A stretch of DNA of 38,955 nt from Candidatus Nomurabacteria bacterium RIFCSPLOWO2_12_FULL_44_11 (GTDB lineage: Bacteria; Patescibacteriota; Minisyncoccia; Phycocordibacterales; UBA9973): contig MFVU01000032.1 of assembly GCA_001787125.1 (NCBI GenBank), positions 1 to 38,955 of the forward strand, given 5' to 3'. The position numbers and the translations under genes are program-made. The notes beneath the pieces were generated by a model, which was not told where the DNA came from, did no database searches, and was given only the letters and a program-made list of their open reading frames with translations. Within the stretch, counting starts at the first letter, position 1; the number at the start of each line of letters is the position of its first letter. Of this stretch, positions 35,070 through 38,955 are shown one piece after another.

Positions 35070-35195
35070 TTACTTATGTTTGCGTCGTTTTAATTTAGCC
35101 GTTAGCAGGGCGTATTTTATCGCCAAACGCTTTTTGGTCTTGTGCGAACGCCTGGACTTTTTCTTCGGACTTAAAGTTGTGCCTCGTTTTGCCAT
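35070..35195 (-). CDS. 41-aa highly basic small protein (not in ORF track)
   Basis: MAKRGTTLSPKKKSRRSHKTKKRLAIKYALLTAKLKRRKHK*; TGCTATAAT ends 7 nt before the ATG. Confidence 0.65.
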   Translation of the reverse strand: MAKRGTTLSPKKKSRRSHKTKKRLAIKYALLTAKLKRRKHK

Positions 35196-35219
35196 ATCCG
35201 GAATTATAGCAAATCTAAT

Positions 35220-35882
35220 TTATTTTGGATACCAGTCAAGCTGGACAACTTCGATGGCGGGGTTCCCGGTATTCACCAAAGTTTTGAATTTTGCCACGTC
35301 GCTGAAACCATTGGGTGTGCGATAATGATATGGGTAAACTTTTTTGGGCTTGAAAGCCAGCACCACCTCGGTCGCTTCCTCGATACCCATAGTGTAAGGC
35401 AAGTTCATGGCAACAAATGCCAAATCAATATTCTGCAAATTCTTCATCTCCGGAGTGCCAGAAGTATCTCCCGAAATGTATACCCTCTTGCCATCTTTTT
35501 CCAAAACATATCCATTACCTCGGCCTTTAGTATGGAAAGCTTTGTCGGACTCCGGAATATTGTAAGCTGGTATTGCTTCTATGCTAAATCCTAATCGGTC
35601 TGTCTTTTCACCATTTTTCATTACGAAAATTTTTGGCCCAAGCTCATCTGGCAGGAGGTCTGCTACGGCCTTAGGCGCTACGATAATGGTTTTTTCCACC
35701 GCAAGTACCTTGAGTCGGGCGATATCCAGATGGTCCTCATGTATATCCGTAAGTAAGATTATGTCCGGATCGGGTTTGCCTAGGAAAAGTTTCGTCTCCC
35801 CTACCGGGTCGGTATATATCGCTATCCCGCTCCAGTTTAATATCATACTCGCGTGGGAAATCGGATCCACAATGTTTTTCAT
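35220..35882 (-). CDS. MBL-fold metallo-hydrolase
   Basis: TDIHEDHLD, PAYN..FH..G.GNGY, YISGDT, PYHY. Confidence 0.88.
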   Translation of the reverse strand: MKNIVDPISHASMILNWSGIAIYTDPVGETKLFLGKPDPDIILLTDIHEDHLDIARLKVLAVEKTIIVAPKAVADLLPDELGPKIFVMKNGEKTDRLGFSIEAIPAYNIPESDKAFHTKGRGNGYVLEKDGKRVYISGDTSGTPEMKNLQNIDLAFVAMNLPYTMGIEEATEVVLAFKPKKVYPYHYRTPNGFSDVAKFKTLVNTGNPAIEVVQLDWYPK

Positions 35883-35900
35883 ATATACATTATACCAAAT

Positions 35901-38495
35901 TTATTGTCTCCTTCTCCTAAATAGATATTTGGCAAACTCGACTAAAAGCACATTGAGGACGAGCCACCCGGCAATAAACCATAGCCAGACGGGCGGCAGT
36001 GGCGCAAGTTCAAATAATTCACGAAACACCGGCAGGGTCATGGTGGCAACCAGCAAGACAACGGCAATTAAAACGCTTTGATTCAGTTTTTTGTTTGAAA
36101 ATACCGGATAGGAAAAAAGTGGTTTATGTAAACTGCGAAATGAAAAAGCAATAACCAGAATATATGAGGCAAAGCAAACAAAAAATACCGAGCGCGCCAG
36201 AGAAAGCTCAACCCCAAAGCGTATCAGGAGGTAATACATCAAAAATAATAAGAGCGAGCTGAATACCCCAATTCCGAATGTAAGAATATTCACTTCACGG
36301 GTAAAAATTGATTTGAGGGTGTGCTTTTTCGACATTTCATGGTCAAAATCCTCGTCGTAAGCAAAGGCGAGCGCCGGCAAACTGCCGGTAAATAAATTGA
36401 CCCAAATAATTTGGAGCGCGGAAAGCGGCAGGGCAATACCGACCAATAAACTCCCGCCGATAACAAAGACCTCATCCAGCGAGTTGGACATCAAGTAAAC
36501 AAATGTCTTGCGAATATTTGCCAGAATTCTACGTCCTTCATGAATGGCCATACTGATTGTCTTAAAATTATCATCCAGTAATACGAGGTCCGCCGCGCTT
36601 TTAGCCACATCACTGCCGGAACCAAGCGCCACCCCGATGTCCATGGCTTTAAGTGACGGCGCATCGTTGACGCCGTCCCCGGTCATGGCCACCACTTCCC
36701 CAAGCTTGCGATACAAGAGTCCGATACGCAATTTATCTTCCGGTGTGACCCGGGCAAAAATTTTAATTGAAGGCATGACCTCAAGCAGGGCCTCGTCCGA
36801 GATTGCCTGTAGATCACGACCCGTCAGCACTTCCTGCTCGGTAATAGTCCAACCAATCTCCCGCGCCACGGCAACAGCCGTGCCTTTCAAGTCACCGGTC
36901 ACCATCACGATACGGGTACCCAGCGCTTCGATGCTCTTTATCGCCGTCGGCACTTCTTTGCGCACCGGGTCGTGAAAAGCCAGGATGCCGATAAATTCGA
37001 TATTTTCCACGCCGGAGACGGAAGTTATGGGGGACGTTTTTTTGCCGAGCGCAATTAATCTCTTACCTTCATCGCTCGCTTTTATTATCCACGACTCAAT
37101 TTTGTTATAAGTTTGAGCGTCCATTTTTGATCTGGCCAGCAATACATCCGGCGCACCCATAATTATAAAAATTCCACCAAGCATTGAAACGGAAAATTTA
37201 TGGGTGGAATTAAACGGAATTAAAATTTGGGAGCCGCCGCTCCCGCCAAAACGAGAAGTATCCAGCCCGTTGTCCCTCGCGGTTTTCACGATATTTACCT
37301 CAAACGGTTTCCCCTTAAAAGTCCAAGCCGATACTTTACTGTTCGGATTTTCAATCAAGACATCCACATTCGCCAGGGCCATTTCAAGAATTTCCTGGTC
37401 CTTTTTGCTATAAGTCGCGGGCTCCGTACTGCCAGCGACAAGTTCATCTACTGTATAAATTCCTACCAAACGCATATTAGCTTCGGTGAGAGTACCGGTT
37501 TTGTCCGTCATAATGACAGTGGTCGAACCAAGTGTTTCCGCTGCAATGAGCGTCCGGGCAATCCCGCGCTTTCTGGCAATCCGCTCCGCGCCGATAGAGA
37601 GAATTACCGTAAGAGCGATAGGTAAGGCCTCGGGCACGGCGCCGACAGCCACCGCCACCGAGAGCACCAACATACCGAATATTGACTCCCCGCGGTAAAC
37701 ACCCAGCATAAAAATGCCGATAACGACTACTATCACAATTGCAAAAATAATCCACGCCAGCCGCGACAAGCCCTTTTGGATCGGGGTCTTAACCCGATGA
37801 ATGCCGGAAACCAATCCCGCGATTTTACCAATTTCCGTTTTGTCGCCGGTCGAAACGACTACAGCCGTAGCAAAACCGTCGACGACGAGCGTTCCGGCGT
37901 GCACCATGTTGGCACGCTCGGGAGTAGAAGCGGCAACCGGCTTAACTTCCCCCAACTTCCGCACCGGCGTGGACTCTCCGGTTAGGATAGTTTCGTCGGT
38001 GCTAAGATTATTGACATTGATGATTCGGGCATCCGCAGACACCCGACTGCCGTAAGCAAGCTTGATTACATCTCCCGGCACCAGCATCTCCGAATCAATT
38101 TCTGCTTCATGGCCGCTACGGATGACTCGGGAGCGATCTTTAATAAAACTGCTTAGTTTCTCCAGAGTGTTTTCCGCGTGATATTCGCGGTAAAATCCCA
38201 GGCCCGTATTCACCAGCACCGCGAGCGTAATGACCGCGACTTCAGCCCACTCCTGGAGTAGAGTTGTTACGATTGCCGCAAAAATTAAAATAAAGATAAG
38301 CGGGTTGGTAAGCTGTTTTAGAAAAATGGCGACGGTGTTTTGTTTCTCTTGTTTATGAAATATATTCTTGCTGTAAATATCCAGCCGGCGCAGGGCTTCC
38401 TTCTCTGACAGGCCTTGGGGAGATGTTTCCAGTTGAGTGAAAATATTTTCCGATTCCAAAGACCACGGATTCTCAATAAATTTTATTTTTTCCAT
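35901..38495 (-). CDS. Cation-transporting P-type ATPase (type II, Ca2+-like)
   Basis: TGES, VPEALP, DKTGTLT, TGD and MTGDGVNDAP motifs. Confidence 0.95.
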   Translation of the reverse strand: MEKIKFIENPWSLESENIFTQLETSPQGLSEKEALRRLDIYSKNIFHKQEKQNTVAIFLKQLTNPLIFILIFAAIVTTLLQEWAEVAVITLAVLVNTGLGFYREYHAENTLEKLSSFIKDRSRVIRSGHEAEIDSEMLVPGDVIKLAYGSRVSADARIINVNNLSTDETILTGESTPVRKLGEVKPVAASTPERANMVHAGTLVVDGFATAVVVSTGDKTEIGKIAGLVSGIHRVKTPIQKGLSRLAWIIFAIVIVVVIGIFMLGVYRGESIFGMLVLSVAVAVGAVPEALPIALTVILSIGAERIARKRGIARTLIAAETLGSTTVIMTDKTGTLTEANMRLVGIYTVDELVAGSTEPATYSKKDQEILEMALANVDVLIENPNSKVSAWTFKGKPFEVNIVKTARDNGLDTSRFGGSGGSQILIPFNSTHKFSVSMLGGIFIIMGAPDVLLARSKMDAQTYNKIESWIIKASDEGKRLIALGKKTSPITSVSGVENIEFIGILAFHDPVRKEVPTAIKSIEALGTRIVMVTGDLKGTAVAVAREIGWTITEQEVLTGRDLQAISDEALLEVMPSIKIFARVTPEDKLRIGLLYRKLGEVVAMTGDGVNDAPSLKAMDIGVALGSGSDVAKSAADLVLLDDNFKTISMAIHEGRRILANIRKTFVYLMSNSLDEVFVIGGSLLVGIALPLSALQIIWVNLFTGSLPALAFAYDEDFDHEMSKKHTLKSIFTREVNILTFGIGVFSSLLLFLMYYLLIRFGVELSLARSVFFVCFASYILVIAFSFRSLHKPLFSYPVFSNKKLNQSVLIAVVLLVATMTLPVFRELFELAPLPPVWLWFIAGWLVLNVLLVEFAKYLFRRRRQ

Positions 38496-38564
38496 TCTTC
38501 CTATTATAGCAGATAACGGCTTTGCATTATTGAAAAAATAAGCTAGAATAACCTCAATTAACTG

Positions 38565-38637
38565 GGGCCCGTAGCTTAGTTGGTAGAGCGCCTCATTTGC
38601 AATGAGGAGGTCACCGGTTCAAATCCGGTCGGGTCCA
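38565..38637 (+). tRNA. tRNA-Ala (TGC)
   Basis: Acceptor GGGCCCG/CGGGTCC with G3:U70, anticodon arm CCTCA-TTTGCAA-TGAGG, GGTTCAAATCC T-arm; CCA not encoded. Confidence 0.95.
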
Positions 38638-38797
38638 CAAAACTCAAAAATTTCAACTGCTTGAGATTTTTGAGTTTTGTGGAGACCACAGCGATGTTTT
38701 GCGAGCATGCAAAACCGCGAGGGGCGGGCTGCGAAAATTTCGAGCGACGGCGAGAAATTATTTGTAGCCACAGGATTGTTCTTTTTTATTTTAATAT

Positions 38798-38869
38798 TCC
38801 GGGGTAGCTCAGCGGTAGAGCGGTCGCCTGTTAAGCGATTGGTCGTAGGTTCGATCCCTACCCCCGGAG
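38798..38869 (+). tRNA. tRNA-Asn (GTT)
   Basis: Acceptor TCCGGGG/CCCCGGA, anticodon arm GTCGC-CTGTTAA-GCGAT, GGTTCGATCC T-arm. Confidence 0.95.
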
Positions 38870-38955
38870 CAATGTTTTGTATTTAGGGTCAAAATTAACT
38901 TTTTGTCTTTCAGGCAAAGAGTTTTTAGAGGTTCGAGCAGAAGCAATTTCTTTCT

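Noticed and set aside
38565..38955. tRNAs as integration sites for an island or prophage carrying the DGR
   Set aside because: No integrase, phage structural genes or duplicated tRNA 3' end seen in the window.
1..38955. CRISPR array, rRNA, IS transposase, alternative genetic code
   Set aside because: No regularly spaced repeats, rRNA-like tract or transposase ORF noticed. Conserved genes are intact in the standard code and TGA ends avd and the target at plausible positions.

Overview
Chromosomal segment of a small-genome bacterium. Gene content and style suggest Patescibacteria/CPR, Parcubacteria-like (inference). Housekeeping and metabolic genes include split transketolase, rpe, rpiB, gap, dapF, dnaE, pth, lepB, hisS, def, fmt, raiA/hpf, a GH130/mannose cluster, a P-type ATPase, tRNA-Ala and tRNA-Asn. 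They are interspersed with three toxin-antitoxin pairs, a class F sortase with a likely substrate, and a RelA/SpoT-domain protein. The stand-out element is a complete diversity-generating retroelement (DGR) at ~28.6-31.3 kb: RT (28601-29596, -), avd on the opposite strand, template repeat (29991-30097), and a target gene (30447-31151, -). The target's variable repeat (30496-30602) differs from the TR at 12 positions, all TR adenines. The avd appears split from its best start codon by a C9 homopolymer, a candidate slipped-strand ON/OFF switch. Other observations: a ~70-85 nt inverted-repeat leader element sitting between the -10 box and ATG of four unrelated genes, an 18-bp palindrome flanking a TrpR-like gene, short palindromes inserted in frame in housekeeping genes, pervasive leaderless-type starts, and two genes missing from the ORF track. 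All calls are by eye; no database searches were run.
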